Assembly (NCBI GenBank): GCA_027001995.1
Contig: JALTLO010000148.1
Coordinates: 1 to 40,110 of the forward strand
Reading direction: 5' to 3'
Origin: Planctomycetota bacterium
GTDB lineage: Bacteria > Planctomycetota > GCA-002687715 > DRQF01
DNA length: 40,110 nt
This document shows positions 10,390-20,394 of the stretch, piece by piece. The translations under genes were made by a program, and so were the position numbers. Positions within the stretch are counted from its first letter, which is position 1. The number at the start of each line of letters is the position of its first letter. The notes beneath the pieces were generated by a model that worked only from the letters and a program-made list of their open reading frames with translations, ran no database searches and had not been told where the DNA came from.

Positions 10390-10401
10390 GTTGTCCCGGT
10401 C

Positions 10402-11466
10402 TTAAGGCGTGAGGAGGCTCTCGAAGAAACTGGCATGTCCTTGGGCAGACTGAGACCAAGAGAATTGCCTGGCGTGTCGTCGCCGTTCCTGAGCAAGCGT
10501 AAGAGTAGACTCTATGGCCCACGTTTCTCGAATTGCACGGACAAGGTCTAAGGCAGAGTTCCCGTCATAAGTGATCACAAAATCCCTGCCCACTTCCTTG
10601 CTCACAATTGGGTCGGCGGCGACCACGGGTTTTCCCATGGCCAATCCCTCCAACAAAGAAAGACCAAAGCCCTCGATCAGAGAAGGGCAAAGAACACAAC
10701 GGGCACCAGCTATTTCCCTTTGCTTGTCCAAGTCGTTGAGAGGCCCCAAGAATTTGATTCTGGTGTCCCTGGGGCGCGATCCTCGGGTGGCGCCAATCCA
10801 GTGAACTTCTGTCTTGGGATCCGTCTCCAAAAGAATCTTGAGAGCTCCTTCGACAACCTCAGGTCTGCGGCGGGGCCGAACAGTGCCAATCACAACAATC
10901 TTAGAAGTGGCTGAATCAAACCCAGCCAATGGCAAGTCGAACAATTCTTCCTCAACTCCATGAGGGATCGTTATCGAAGCCGCCTTCATTTCAGGCAATT
11001 GCTTCTTGTATGCATTTGCAGTTCCTTCGCTAGGAAATAGAGTCGGCACATCAAAGCGACGCCACGATCGATTCCCCATCCTTTGCCGCCAACCTGGAGG
11101 CTCTAAGGAATCAATGTGCGCGTCCGGAAGATCATGAACTGTGCGACAACTCAGGTATTCGGCTGACGTAGGGACATGAGCCACTGGAGAAACAAGGATT
11201 TCCGCTCCACAGGCTTTTGCCATCTTACCTAAACACAATCGACGCCAAGCTGACCGGGGCCAAAGTGATTCTGCAACTTGAACATCCCAAACGCTACTGC
11301 TGACCTCTAACCCTTGAGATGGTCTCTTACGCCAGAGAGCGACAAGATGCCAATCCGAAAGAAACTCAGGCAAATTCTCGAGCAAAGCCACAGCGTACCG
11401 TTCCACGCCGGTGAAGGGCTGGTTTTCCAAGACACTGAAATCATATGCCAGGGTTTTTCTACCCAT
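10402..11466 (-). CDS. Glycosyltransferase family 4 (GT-B)
   Basis: TGVERYA, TVHDL, PSLIEGFGLSLLEGLAMGKPVV and FSW motifs. Confidence 0.88.
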   Translation of the reverse strand: MGRKTLAYDFSVLENQPFTGVERYAVALLENLPEFLSDWHLVALWRKRPSQGLEVSSSVWDVQVAESLWPRSAWRRLCLGKMAKACGAEILVSPVAHVPTSAEYLSCRTVHDLPDAHIDSLEPPGWRQRMGNRSWRRFDVPTLFPSEGTANAYKKQLPEMKAASITIPHGVEEELFDLPLAGFDSATSKIVVIGTVRPRRRPEVVEGALKILLETDPKTEVHWIGATRGSRPRDTRIKFLGPLNDLDKQREIAGARCVLCPSLIEGFGLSLLEGLAMGKPVVAADPIVSKEVGRDFVITYDGNSALDLVRAIRETWAIESTLTLAQERRRHARQFSWSQSAQGHASFFESLLTP

Positions 11467-11710
11467 GAAGTTTCACTTTGTCCTTTTCGGCAACGTTTCG
11501 CGCCATTGGCCAAGGGCAGAATAGCTGCAAAATCGATTCCCGTCCAACCTTGCAGCTCTGAGGCACTTCTGACCAAGAGCTAAGCGACCCCACTTTTCTC
11601 CTCCACAATTCAAAAAAATTCCTTTTCAGCTTCCGCTCTGTCTCTCCCAAGGGATTACCCATTGAGCGTCGATTGGGACGCCACCAAGAAACCCATTTGA
11701 GGATTGAATC

Positions 11711-12961
11711 ATGATCAAGAGGATATTCGGCTCGTTTGTTCTATGTTTAGCCCTTGTCGTCGCTTCACAAGGGCAAGTTGCTCATGTCTTGCAGATCGGC
11801 GGACCAGGAAGCGCCCAAGACGTCTACCTGCCATCGGCAGCCTATCCAGGAGGGGGCGGAACTCTCTTCACTGTCGAACCTCTTCCCAACTCAGGAATTC
11901 TAACCCCTGGCATCTTCAGCGGCGGCATGACTATCAACCAAACCAATGGAATAGTCATTGCCACAGACGGCTTTATCGTCACTTTTGACTACAATCCGAT
12001 CTATGGCCCATTCACACCAGCCCCTCCTTTGCCACTTCCCGGACCAGCCCCTTTGCTGCTGAGCGGTGGCCCAATCCAGGGAATGGCCCTCGATGCCGCT
12101 GGAGGAATTTTGTGGATGACCGACGGCGTCAGTATCGGTGGATTCACGCCAGCTCCCCCATTTACACCCCTGACGATTCCTTTGCCCATCTCACCCATCA
12201 TTCCAGGAACCAACCAACTCGTCGGATTAGACTTCGAAGCGAGTAGTGGAACTCTTTGGGGCTGTGGCGCCAATGGAAACATCTATCATTTCACCACCTT
12301 GGCAGCACCCATCGGTCTCCAGCCCGTCTCAACAGTCCCCTTGCCTGGATTTACGCCTGGTTTAGGTGGACTCTGCGTCAATCGCACCAATGGTACCCCA
12401 TCCACCGGGGCGCCATTTTGTTCAACGCAAATCCCTGGCTACCACATCTGCGTCACAGATGGCCGTTTCATCTATGACGCACTCATTGTGACGAACCCTC
12501 CAATTCCCGTTCCTCTGTCAACAGCATCGCCAGCAAGGGGATTGGCCATGAGTTGCGACTTCCAGATCATGCCCGGTGCTGTCCTTTGTCCATCAACTTT
12601 CACCGTCCCAGGAATTGGTTTGTCGAAGGCAGCCCACAATGGAGTCGGAGGCGGCAATGCATTTCGTCTCATCGGTGGTCCCCCTTCTACGCTCTCTCTT
12701 TTACTCTACGACTATTGCCCAATCCCCGGGGGACTCTTCATCCCCGCTTCCGGTGAAACTCTTTGGATCAATCCCTTGAGTGCCACATTTGGATTCGGCA
12801 GCTTCATTAGCGACGGAGCCGGTAACGTCACCGTGCCCATCGACTTTTCCTTTGGCCTAACCGGCATCCAATTCAGTATGCAATGGGCCATCCAAGATTC
12901 TCTGGCACCTCTCGGCTATTGCCTCAGCGATGGCATGTGCTGGACGATCGGTACCAAGTAA
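11711..12961 (+). CDS. Hypothetical secreted Pro/Gly-rich protein with propeller-like repeats
   Basis: Signal peptide, GAGGA RBS, recurring G-[ML]-x-hydrophobic-[DNES] strands about every 50 aa, followed by a terminator. Confidence 0.8.
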   Translation: MIKRIFGSFVLCLALVVASQGQVAHVLQIGGPGSAQDVYLPSAAYPGGGGTLFTVEPLPNSGILTPGIFSGGMTINQTNGIVIATDGFIVTFDYNPIYGPFTPAPPLPLPGPAPLLLSGGPIQGMALDAAGGILWMTDGVSIGGFTPAPPFTPLTIPLPISPIIPGTNQLVGLDFEASSGTLWGCGANGNIYHFTTLAAPIGLQPVSTVPLPGFTPGLGGLCVNRTNGTPSTGAPFCSTQIPGYHICVTDGRFIYDALIVTNPPIPVPLSTASPARGLAMSCDFQIMPGAVLCPSTFTVPGIGLSKAAHNGVGGGNAFRLIGGPPSTLSLLLYDYCPIPGGLFIPASGETLWINPLSATFGFGSFISDGAGNVTVPIDFSFGLTGIQFSMQWAIQDSLAPLGYCLSDGMCWTIGTK

Positions 12962-12983
12962 ACTCTAAGAACTTGATTGAGCG

Positions 12984-13013
12984 AAAGCCCCATGACCCAG
13001 TCATGGGGCTTTT
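12984..13013. terminator. Bidirectional intrinsic terminator
   Basis: AAAGCCCCATGAC-CCA-GTCATGGGGCTTT perfect 13-bp stem between convergent genes. Confidence 0.85.
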
Positions 13014-13045
13014 CCCATAGAAGCGCCGCGTCTGAAGAATGCAGA

Positions 13046-14242
13046 CTACTCGGGCTTGTGCTGGTGACAAACACGGTCGGCTCTTGCCGCTGCTGCCACG
13101 GCATTTGCCACGCGGACAGCAACCGATCGATCAAAAGGCGAAGGCAAAATCATCTCCGCTGTGGGCTCACCGACGCAGGAAGTGATAGCTTGAATTGCAG
13201 CGAACTTCATTCCAGGAGTGAATTTTCTGGCCCGAGACTCCAAGGCTCCCCGAAATAGGCCAGGGAATGCCAAGACGTTATTCACTTGATTAGGGAAGTC
13301 ACTTCGTCCAGTCCCCACCACAACAGCACCTCCAGCGCGGGCTTCATCAGGCATGATCTCAGGGACCGGATTCGCCATGGCAAAAACAATTGGTTGGTGG
13401 CCCATGGACTCAATGTCCTTTGCTTGCAAAAGGCCTCCTTTTGAGACTCCGATAAACACATGAGCACCAACAAGGACATCCCGAAGAGATCCTCGTTCAC
13501 CTGCAGTATTGGTCAATTCAGCAATCTCTTCCTTGACGCCAGTATTGTGATCGCGTCCAGGGTAAATCACGCCCTTCGAATCACAAACACGCAACTTGCC
13601 TACAGGAATGCAATGGGGATCTTGGCCCGTGCACGTCAAGAGCCGACAGATCGCGCGGCCCGCGGCGCCCGCACCATTGATCACAACATTCAGTTGGCCA
13701 AGAGTCCTCTTGGTCAATCGAGCGGCATTCATGACCGCAGCCAACAGGACAATCGCCGTGCCATGTTGATCATCATGCAGTACGGGAATGCCGATGTCTT
13801 GGAGAGCGTCCTCGATCTCAAAACAACGTGGCCCGGAAATGTCCTCCAAGTTGATCCCCCCATAGGTAGGCGATATGGCCTTTACAATATCAATAATCTT
13901 TTGCGGGTCTCTTTCATCCAAAACAACAGGCACAGCATCAATCCCGGCGAACTCGCGAAAGAGGGCGGCTTTCCCTTCCATCACCGGGAGAGACCCCATG
14001 GGGCCAATATCTCCCAAACCAAGGACTGCGGAACCATCTGAAACAACAGCCACGGTCCGCCCTTTCCAGGTCAAGTCCCATGCGGCTCCAGGATGTGCAG
14101 CAATTTCTTCGCAGGGACGAGCTACACCCGGAGTGTAAGCCAAACTCAAGTCATCTTGAGACTCCAACCTCATGCGAGAGTGAATCTCAATCTTCCCTCT
14201 TGTCTCCCGGTGCCTTGCTAGAGAACGGTCGTAAATGTCCAT
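13046..14242 (-). CDS. NAD(P)-dependent malic enzyme (short form, no PTA domain)
   Basis: LSLAYTPGVA, SDGSAVLGLGDIG, PVMEGKA, GGINLEDI, HDDQHGTA, TGRSDFPNQVNN; GGAGGA RBS before the ATG at 14242. Confidence 0.93.
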   Translation of the reverse strand: MDIYDRSLARHRETRGKIEIHSRMRLESQDDLSLAYTPGVARPCEEIAAHPGAAWDLTWKGRTVAVVSDGSAVLGLGDIGPMGSLPVMEGKAALFREFAGIDAVPVVLDERDPQKIIDIVKAISPTYGGINLEDISGPRCFEIEDALQDIGIPVLHDDQHGTAIVLLAAVMNAARLTKRTLGQLNVVINGAGAAGRAICRLLTCTGQDPHCIPVGKLRVCDSKGVIYPGRDHNTGVKEEIAELTNTAGERGSLRDVLVGAHVFIGVSKGGLLQAKDIESMGHQPIVFAMANPVPEIMPDEARAGGAVVVGTGRSDFPNQVNNVLAFPGLFRGALESRARKFTPGMKFAAIQAITSCVGEPTAEMILPSPFDRSVAVRVANAVAAAARADRVCHQHKPE

Positions 14243-14263
14243 GTTTTCCTCCACCCTTAAACC

Positions 14264-16168
14264 TTATTTCCAAGCCAAAATTTCGTCGATCGTCGTGGTC
14301 GAGATCGCATGATAAAGTGGACGGGCTTCACCATAGATGTCTCGGGCCAATTGACGCATAGAGTTCCTCTTATTCATTTCAGTATAGAGGGGCCTGAGAA
14401 ACTTACGCCGACCTTGACTGGTGAGAAACTCTCGCATGCGCGGCCAAGCTGGAGCATAGTTGGACTCAATCGCAAGCAAGAGCCAAGCGCAAGTGATTTC
14501 AGAATTGTGCTTAGTGGACAGTGAAAATGCAGCATCCATCTGTGCCATCCGCTCGTGGTTTACATGGCCGGCTTGAGATCCCAAGAAATGCAACCATTCT
14601 TGAGTAGTCCAATTCTTCACTGGGAATGACTGCAAGGATACTTCTCCCTCTCGCCATTTCTTCACCAAGGCATCGATCCCTTCGAAAGCCGAACAACTGG
14701 GGATGGGTGCGTTGTCCGGAAGCCCCGATCCTTCTATCCACAATTCCGGGTCAATGGTTCGCCGCCAAGATTCTGGACCTTGGTTCAACGCTCTGTCTAG
14801 GTACAAACGAAAGTCCTCCGTTGTGCGGCTCTTGAAAGCGTTCTCATCAAACCAACGCCTCAAGAAGACATCAAACTTCTTCCTACCCATGGTGGTTTCA
14901 AGCAACCGCAAGAAAGCAGCCCCCTTGTCGTAAGGAACTCCTGTAAAGCCATCATCTGGATCCCGGCCCTCAAGGTCCACATGAAGAATGTGATCTCTGG
15001 GGTTCATTTCGGCCATCTCATGGTGAAGATCCTCCATCGAAAGCATGATCTCCATGTTAGAACGCTCTTTGCCGTACAAAGCCTCAACCACCCGTTGTTC
15101 CACGTACACCGTGAATCCCTCGTTGAGCCAAAAATCTCGCCACGTGGCATTGGTGACCAGATTCCCCGACCATGAATGGGCCAATTCATGAGCGATCAGG
15201 GAAGTCAAGGAACGATCCTTCGCCAAGACTGTCGGCGTTGCAAAAGTAAGAAGAGGATTCTCCATGCCTCCAAACGGAAAGCTAGGAGGAAGAACAAGAA
15301 TGTCATAACGTCCCCAGCGATAGGGTCCATAGAGCTCTTCGATCACTTCGATCATCTTCTCCGTGTCAGCGAATTCCCAGGCAGCAGCTTCGACAACCGT
15401 CGGTTCAGCCCAAATTCCTGTACGAGGCCCCATAGACCTAAACTGCAATTCCCCAGCAGCCAAGGCGATCAAGTAACATGGAATCGGGTGAGGCATCTCG
15501 AACCGATAAACCCCGTCCAAAGCCGCGGTACGCTCGGCACTCATGACGACTTCCAGATCTGACCGGCACCTCACTTCCGCCGAGTAGGTAATCCTCACCC
15601 CTGGAGTGTCTTGGCAGGGAATCCAAGTTCGCGAGTGAATGGCCTGAGATTGGGAGAACAAAAAAGGCGCCTTTTTGCTACTCGTCTGTTCCTTCTTCAG
15701 CCACTGAAGCCCCGTACCAGCGGCTGTGGTTTCATACTTGATCTCAACCACATTGTCGTTGGGTTCAAGAGAAACCACCAAGGCATCACCCCTTGTTGCA
15801 TCTCCTTTCTTGATGTGCCACCCAGCATTGTGACGATTGGAATCGCTGCCAGATCGGACACTCAAGATATTGAGGTTCTTGACATCAACGACAAACGGTG
15901 CGTGGGGCCTGTCTTGATTCCGCCAAATCTTGTGAGTCGCGGTGCCACTGAGTTTTGATGATTCAAAATCGACAAGCCAATTGAGATGAAGATGCAGACT
16001 CTTCACTTCATTGGGCCGCGCAAAACTGTGATGGTCCAAAGGGAGGGCTGCTTCATGTTGAACCTCCATGAACATGGGCTCAGATTGGGGGCGTCGGTCA
16101 ATGTCGATGAGACAACTCGGCAAGAGCAACAGGCACAGGCATATGCTCAGAAAGGGCAAATTCTTCAA
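14264..16168 (-). CDS. M1 family aminopeptidase (leukotriene A4 hydrolase-like), probable lipoprotein
   Basis: GGMEN, HELAHSW, NEGFT and PYDKG motifs; TTG start after a GGAGGA RBS, followed by lipobox LPSC. Confidence 0.92.
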   Translation of the reverse strand: MKNLPFLSICLCLLLLPSCLIDIDRRPQSEPMFMEVQHEAALPLDHHSFARPNEVKSLHLHLNWLVDFESSKLSGTATHKIWRNQDRPHAPFVVDVKNLNILSVRSGSDSNRHNAGWHIKKGDATRGDALVVSLEPNDNVVEIKYETTAAGTGLQWLKKEQTSSKKAPFLFSQSQAIHSRTWIPCQDTPGVRITYSAEVRCRSDLEVVMSAERTAALDGVYRFEMPHPIPCYLIALAAGELQFRSMGPRTGIWAEPTVVEAAAWEFADTEKMIEVIEELYGPYRWGRYDILVLPPSFPFGGMENPLLTFATPTVLAKDRSLTSLIAHELAHSWSGNLVTNATWRDFWLNEGFTVYVEQRVVEALYGKERSNMEIMLSMEDLHHEMAEMNPRDHILHVDLEGRDPDDGFTGVPYDKGAAFLRLLETTMGRKKFDVFLRRWFDENAFKSRTTEDFRLYLDRALNQGPESWRRTIDPELWIEGSGLPDNAPIPSCSAFEGIDALVKKWREGEVSLQSFPVKNWTTQEWLHFLGSQAGHVNHERMAQMDAAFSLSTKHNSEITCAWLLLAIESNYAPAWPRMREFLTSQGRRKFLRPLYTEMNKRNSMRQLARDIYGEARPLYHAISTTTIDEILAWK

Positions 16169-16252
16169 TTTCGGATCCTCCAGGGGTGCATTCAAACGTG
16201 CAAGAGCGAAACGGTCAAGAGCACCGTGGGGGCTAACAAGTATGATTCTATT

Positions 16253-17464
16253 ATGGAACATGGGGCAAAAGTCATTATCCACGCTGATCTGGATGCTTTC
16301 TATGCCTCCGTCGAGCAACGAGATCATCCAGAATGGCGGGGCAAACCCATCATTATTGGTGGTGAGGGCAAACGAGGGGTTGTTTCGACTGCCTCCTATG
16401 AAGCCCGGGCCTTTGGAGTCCATTCAGCTCAGCCCGGAGCCATCGCCAAACGTCTCTGCCCCCAAGGGATCTTCGTTCAGCCCAGGATGAGAGCCTATGT
16501 GGCCGCTTCCAAGTCTGTCTTCGCCATCTTCAAGAGCTACACACCTTTGGTTGAAGGCCTTTCCTTGGATGAAGCCTTTCTCGACGTCACCCAGAGTATT
16601 CGCCTTTTTGGTTCTCCCCGGCTGATCGCCGAAGACATAAGAAGACGAGTCCAGGAAGAAGTCGGACTCAAGATCTCCGTTGGGATCGCGTCTTCCAAGT
16701 ATATGGCCAAAGTGGCCTCCGACCTCGAAAAACCTGATGGTTTAGTGGAAGTCACCAAGGGAGACGAACTGAGATTCTTGGCTCCATTGCCCCTTTCCAA
16801 TCTATGGGGCGCCGGGCCAAAAACTCAGGCGAAACTCAAGACACTGGGTATAGAGTTGATTGGCGATCTCCATCGTCTGTCCTTGGCCGACCTCAAGAAA
16901 ATCCTTGGACCAAAGTCCGGCTCTCACTTCTTCCACCTTTCCCGGGGTGTCGACCCTCGGGATGTCATTGCGCACCGTGGCGTGAAGAGCATCAGCAGAG
17001 AAACGACCTTCGGCGATGACTTGCGCTGTGATGAGACTCTGCGCCGAATCATGCTGCAGTTGGCTGAAGACGTCGGAAGACAGCTCAGGCAACAAGAATT
17101 GCTCGGCGCTACAGTCAAAATCAAATTGCGTGAACCCGACTTCACCACTCACGTGCGTCAGATGACTCTAGCCAAACCAACATCGTCAGATCTCGTGATC
17201 CACCGAAACGCCTGCCAACTGATAAAGAACCTCCGCCAGAAAAACGACCCGGTCCGGCTCATTGGTGTTGGTGTAGGCTCCCTCCAAGAGCCGGATCAAC
17301 AACAGCAATTGTCCCTATTCGAAAAAGACGAGCCATGTAACTCGGAAAGAATCCTCAACACCTTGGATGAAATCAGGCGAAAATTCGGCAAACAAGCGAT
17401 CGCTCACGGCATCTTCCGACGAGAAGCCAGATACGAAGCGAACCCAGGAGAAGATGAAGAGTAA
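16253..17464 (+). CDS. dinB: DNA polymerase IV (DinB)
   Basis: IIHADLDAFYASVE, STASYEARAFGV, SLDEAFLD, AKVASDLEKPDG; start set at the ATG at 16253. Confidence 0.95.
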   Translation: MEHGAKVIIHADLDAFYASVEQRDHPEWRGKPIIIGGEGKRGVVSTASYEARAFGVHSAQPGAIAKRLCPQGIFVQPRMRAYVAASKSVFAIFKSYTPLVEGLSLDEAFLDVTQSIRLFGSPRLIAEDIRRRVQEEVGLKISVGIASSKYMAKVASDLEKPDGLVEVTKGDELRFLAPLPLSNLWGAGPKTQAKLKTLGIELIGDLHRLSLADLKKILGPKSGSHFFHLSRGVDPRDVIAHRGVKSISRETTFGDDLRCDETLRRIMLQLAEDVGRQLRQQELLGATVKIKLREPDFTTHVRQMTLAKPTSSDLVIHRNACQLIKNLRQKNDPVRLIGVGVGSLQEPDQQQQLSLFEKDEPCNSERILNTLDEIRRKFGKQAIAHGIFRREARYEANPGEDEE

Positions 17465-17497
17465 CAGCTGGCCCATTCCAAGGGTTCCAATAAAAGC

Positions 17498-19990
17498 TCA
17501 CTTCCACGGGCGGCTGAAACGAGGATTGGCCGCTAAAGCGCCAATTTCTCCGGAGAGGGCCAAGTTGGGATTGAACGCTGGGTCAATGACCAAGGAACCC
17601 TGCCATTTCTTCGAAAGCCAATTGGATTCTCTTTCATAGCGCGCTTGAGCTTCTTCAGTTCGAGCAGCATAGCTCACGTTTTCGTCGTGGAAGAGTTCAA
17701 CATGGGGTGTCCAAAGATTACGATAGCCAGCTTTTCGAATTTTCAAGCAGAGATCAACGTCATTGAAACAGACAGAGAGCTCTTCCGGAAAACCTCCAAC
17801 GCTATGAAAGACATCCTTCCTCACCATGAGACAAGCCCCGGTAACAACGGAGTAGTTCTGCACATGATGAAGCCTTTGGTTCTTGGGATGTGCCTCGGGC
17901 TTCAAACCCCGAAATGGATGTCCAGCCAGGCGAGCTCCCCCAGAACCAGTCACAACACCCGCATGTTGAATCGTGCCGTCACCATAGTAGAGCATAGCAC
18001 CAACAGCACCAATCCGTGGCCTCAAAGCTAAGCGAGCCATGTCGGTCAGCCAGGCGTCAGAAATGATCCTGGTGTCGTCGTTAAGAAAACACAGGATCTC
18101 ACCTTGGCTTGACTTCACGGCCCTATTGTTGATGGCCGAGAAGTTAAATGGGCTGGGATCTCGCAAGATCGTGACACGTTCTTCTTTGGCTATCTCTTTC
18201 AAATAGGCCAGAGTTTCTTCATCCTCTGAACCATTGTCTACCACCAAGACCTGGAAATTGGGATAGCTTGTTTTCTCAATCAGAGTTGAGATGCAGGCTG
18301 TCAATTCCTTGAGACGATCTCGGGTTGGGATGATCACGGATATGAGTGGCAATACGTCAGGAAGAGGATAAACAAGACGATGACAACCGTCTTCTGTGGC
18401 CTCGATCTCAATCTCCGTCCCTTCCCAATCTTTCACCAGCCTCCGAATATGCTCTTGGCGATCGGCGGAATCGCTTTCTGATTCCACCGGAACATGGACA
18501 AGGGCTAAGGGAACATGTGCGACTCCTTCGTCAGCACAGGAAGAGACGATATGGGCAACAAGATCACTCCCAGAAGAAAACGGCCCTTCAGTGAGGGCAG
18601 ATGCCACTTGATCCGGGGCGCAGATGCAGGCAGAGCTGATGTAGTCGAATTCCAAATAGAAATCTGGAGACCAATCCGGCTTGAAGAATGGGTCCAGGCG
18701 ATTGTCATTCGCCAAGATACGATCTTCATCTGAGTAAATAACTCGTGCACCTCGATATGTCGTTGCGGCCTGAGCGAAGGATTGCAAAGCATAGCTGGTG
18801 AGAAGTTGGTCATGATCCAAGGGCATGATCCAGTCTCGCTTTTTGATCTTGCCATCCCCAATCAACTCGCCCACGTCACCTTCTACGACTTTCCAATTGG
18901 GCCAAGTCTGTGCCTCTAAGCTTGCCAAAGTTCGCTGAAACTGAGGTCCGCTTGGGCTCTTCGGCAAGATCCAAAAGGTTGGTTTCTGTTCAATGGTGGC
19001 CACGCGACGTTTCAAACGATCGAGATCTTTTCCTCGGGGACGATCAAAAGATGTGAGCCACTGATTGTAGTCGCCCCGAAATGCTTGGGCCCTTTGAGAT
19101 CGAGCTGCATGCCGCCCTTCTGGAGTAAAAAGCCTGCGGTATTTCCGCACCACTGCCCCACCAACCTTACGCACTGACGTTGATGTATCATGATCACCAG
19201 ACCAAACTTCGCCTTTGGCAAGAGCTTTCAGGCGCAATAGGAGTGTCTGAGCTTCCAGGTCTCTCTTACAGGCCTTGAGTATTCGTTTGGGTGCATCTTC
19301 CCCAAGAAGCTTGCGTTCAAAAACCGACTGCATGTCAACATCCCGAAGACTCAAGCCCCACTCAGCATTCATGCGCTTAAGAGTTTGAGGAAATTCCGTC
19401 GCCAAGTCTTCTAAGGCGATCACTTGGCATTTTTCTGGGTGTCGCTCGGCGTAGTCAACGATATGACGGTTGTAGTACTTCCACATATTCAAGGCGAGTT
19501 TGGGAGAGAAACGATCAAATCCAAGTCGTTCCAATATCTTCACTCCCCGAAACTGATGCATCAGTGGGCCGTCAGCCCGGCGTCTCAGGGAGTCCATGAC
19601 CAAATGAGGATCTCGATAGATGAAAACGAAACGAGCCTCTGGGAGAAGTCGAGCCCAGAAATCTGGAATCAGGCTACTGCGAGGATCCTTCCAACCCCAA
19701 ACCTCTCGATCATTTCTTTCCATCACAAGCTTCTTGGCCCGTGATTCGAATTCGTCGCTGATCTTTACGTCTTGATCTTCGCCGATGCCATAGACAAGAT
19801 AGCGCCCATTGTCGTGGAGAATATCAACATGGAGGTCATAGAAATCCATGTCCTCAAAGTAGCCTTTGGCATTGAACTCCGTGGCCTCCATCAAACGGTC
19901 GCCGATGTCGACCCCCGCTGACTGCAAGAGATTGGCAAGTAAGGATGTCCCAGAACGGTGCATGCCGGTGATAATGATTGGTGTACCCAT
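17498..19990 (-). CDS. Sulfotransferase-domain / GT2 glycosyltransferase fusion
   Basis: N-terminal IIITGMHRSGTS and WGWKDPR; C-terminal SVIIPTRD, VVDNGS, FNFSAINN, FLNDD, VTGACL, FNDVDLCL. Confidence 0.88.
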   Translation of the reverse strand: MGTPIIITGMHRSGTSLLANLLQSAGVDIGDRLMEATEFNAKGYFEDMDFYDLHVDILHDNGRYLVYGIGEDQDVKISDEFESRAKKLVMERNDREVWGWKDPRSSLIPDFWARLLPEARFVFIYRDPHLVMDSLRRRADGPLMHQFRGVKILERLGFDRFSPKLALNMWKYYNRHIVDYAERHPEKCQVIALEDLATEFPQTLKRMNAEWGLSLRDVDMQSVFERKLLGEDAPKRILKACKRDLEAQTLLLRLKALAKGEVWSGDHDTSTSVRKVGGAVVRKYRRLFTPEGRHAARSQRAQAFRGDYNQWLTSFDRPRGKDLDRLKRRVATIEQKPTFWILPKSPSGPQFQRTLASLEAQTWPNWKVVEGDVGELIGDGKIKKRDWIMPLDHDQLLTSYALQSFAQAATTYRGARVIYSDEDRILANDNRLDPFFKPDWSPDFYLEFDYISSACICAPDQVASALTEGPFSSGSDLVAHIVSSCADEGVAHVPLALVHVPVESESDSADRQEHIRRLVKDWEGTEIEIEATEDGCHRLVYPLPDVLPLISVIIPTRDRLKELTACISTLIEKTSYPNFQVLVVDNGSEDEETLAYLKEIAKEERVTILRDPSPFNFSAINNRAVKSSQGEILCFLNDDTRIISDAWLTDMARLALRPRIGAVGAMLYYGDGTIQHAGVVTGSGGARLAGHPFRGLKPEAHPKNQRLHHVQNYSVVTGACLMVRKDVFHSVGGFPEELSVCFNDVDLCLKIRKAGYRNLWTPHVELFHDENVSYAARTEEAQARYERESNWLSKKWQGSLVIDPAFNPNLALSGEIGALAANPRFSRPWK

Positions 19991-20190
19991 CAACTCAGCC
20001 TCAACATGAAGAACAAGATGTGAATTGGCTGGGCCACGGCATTCTCAGCTTTGAACAATTCCAGGAAATATCGGACTTGCAACGACAGGAAGTTACCCCT
20101 TGAGATGAGGTCGGTCAAACATTCTGGGGAAGTTCAGGCTGAATGAAGGTGCATATTAACCAAGGTCGCCAAATTCCTTCCGCAGGGTCC

Positions 20191-20230
20191 AATAAAGAAA
20201 CAGGGGCACTCTTGCTGAAGAGTGCCCCTG
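20191..20230 (-). terminator. Intrinsic terminator downstream of tRNA-Pro
   Basis: CAGGGGCACTCTT / AAGAGTGCCCCTG 13-bp stem followed on the minus strand by TTTCTTTATT. Confidence 0.8.
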
Positions 20231-20265
20231 CTCAATCTTGAGATCAACCTTCAAAGCCGATCCAG

Positions 20266-20339
20266 TCGGGGTGAGAGGATTCGAACCTCCGACCTTCTGG
20301 TCCCAAACCAGACGCGCTGCCAGGCTGCGCCACACCCCG
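20266..20339 (-). tRNA. tRNA-Pro(UGG), CCA not encoded
   Basis: Reverse complement CGGGGTG TGGCGCAGCCTGGCAGCGC G TCTGG-TTTGGGA-CCAGA AGGTC GGAGG-TTCGAAT-CCTCT CACCCCG A forms a full cloverleaf. Confidence 0.97.
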
Positions 20340-20350
20340 TTGGTCGAAGC

Positions 20351-20378
20351 ATTATGCACCCGATTTCTCAGGCTTCAA
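20351..20378 (-). promoter_or_regulatory. Putative sigma70 promoter of tRNA-Pro
   Basis: Minus strand TTGAAG-N16-CATAAT ending 11 nt before the tRNA 5' end. Confidence 0.55.
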
Positions 20379-20394
20379 TGCCATCTAAAGAGAT

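Noticed and set aside
16169..16252. Possible SOS box upstream of dinB (CAAGAGC repeated at 16201 and 16216)
   Set aside because: Matches no LexA motif I can identify; too short to distinguish from chance
15986..16423. Apparent head-to-head overlap of dinB and the M1 peptidase
   Set aside because: Artefact of longest-ORF calling; plausible starts at 16168 (-) and 16253 (+) leave an 84-bp gap
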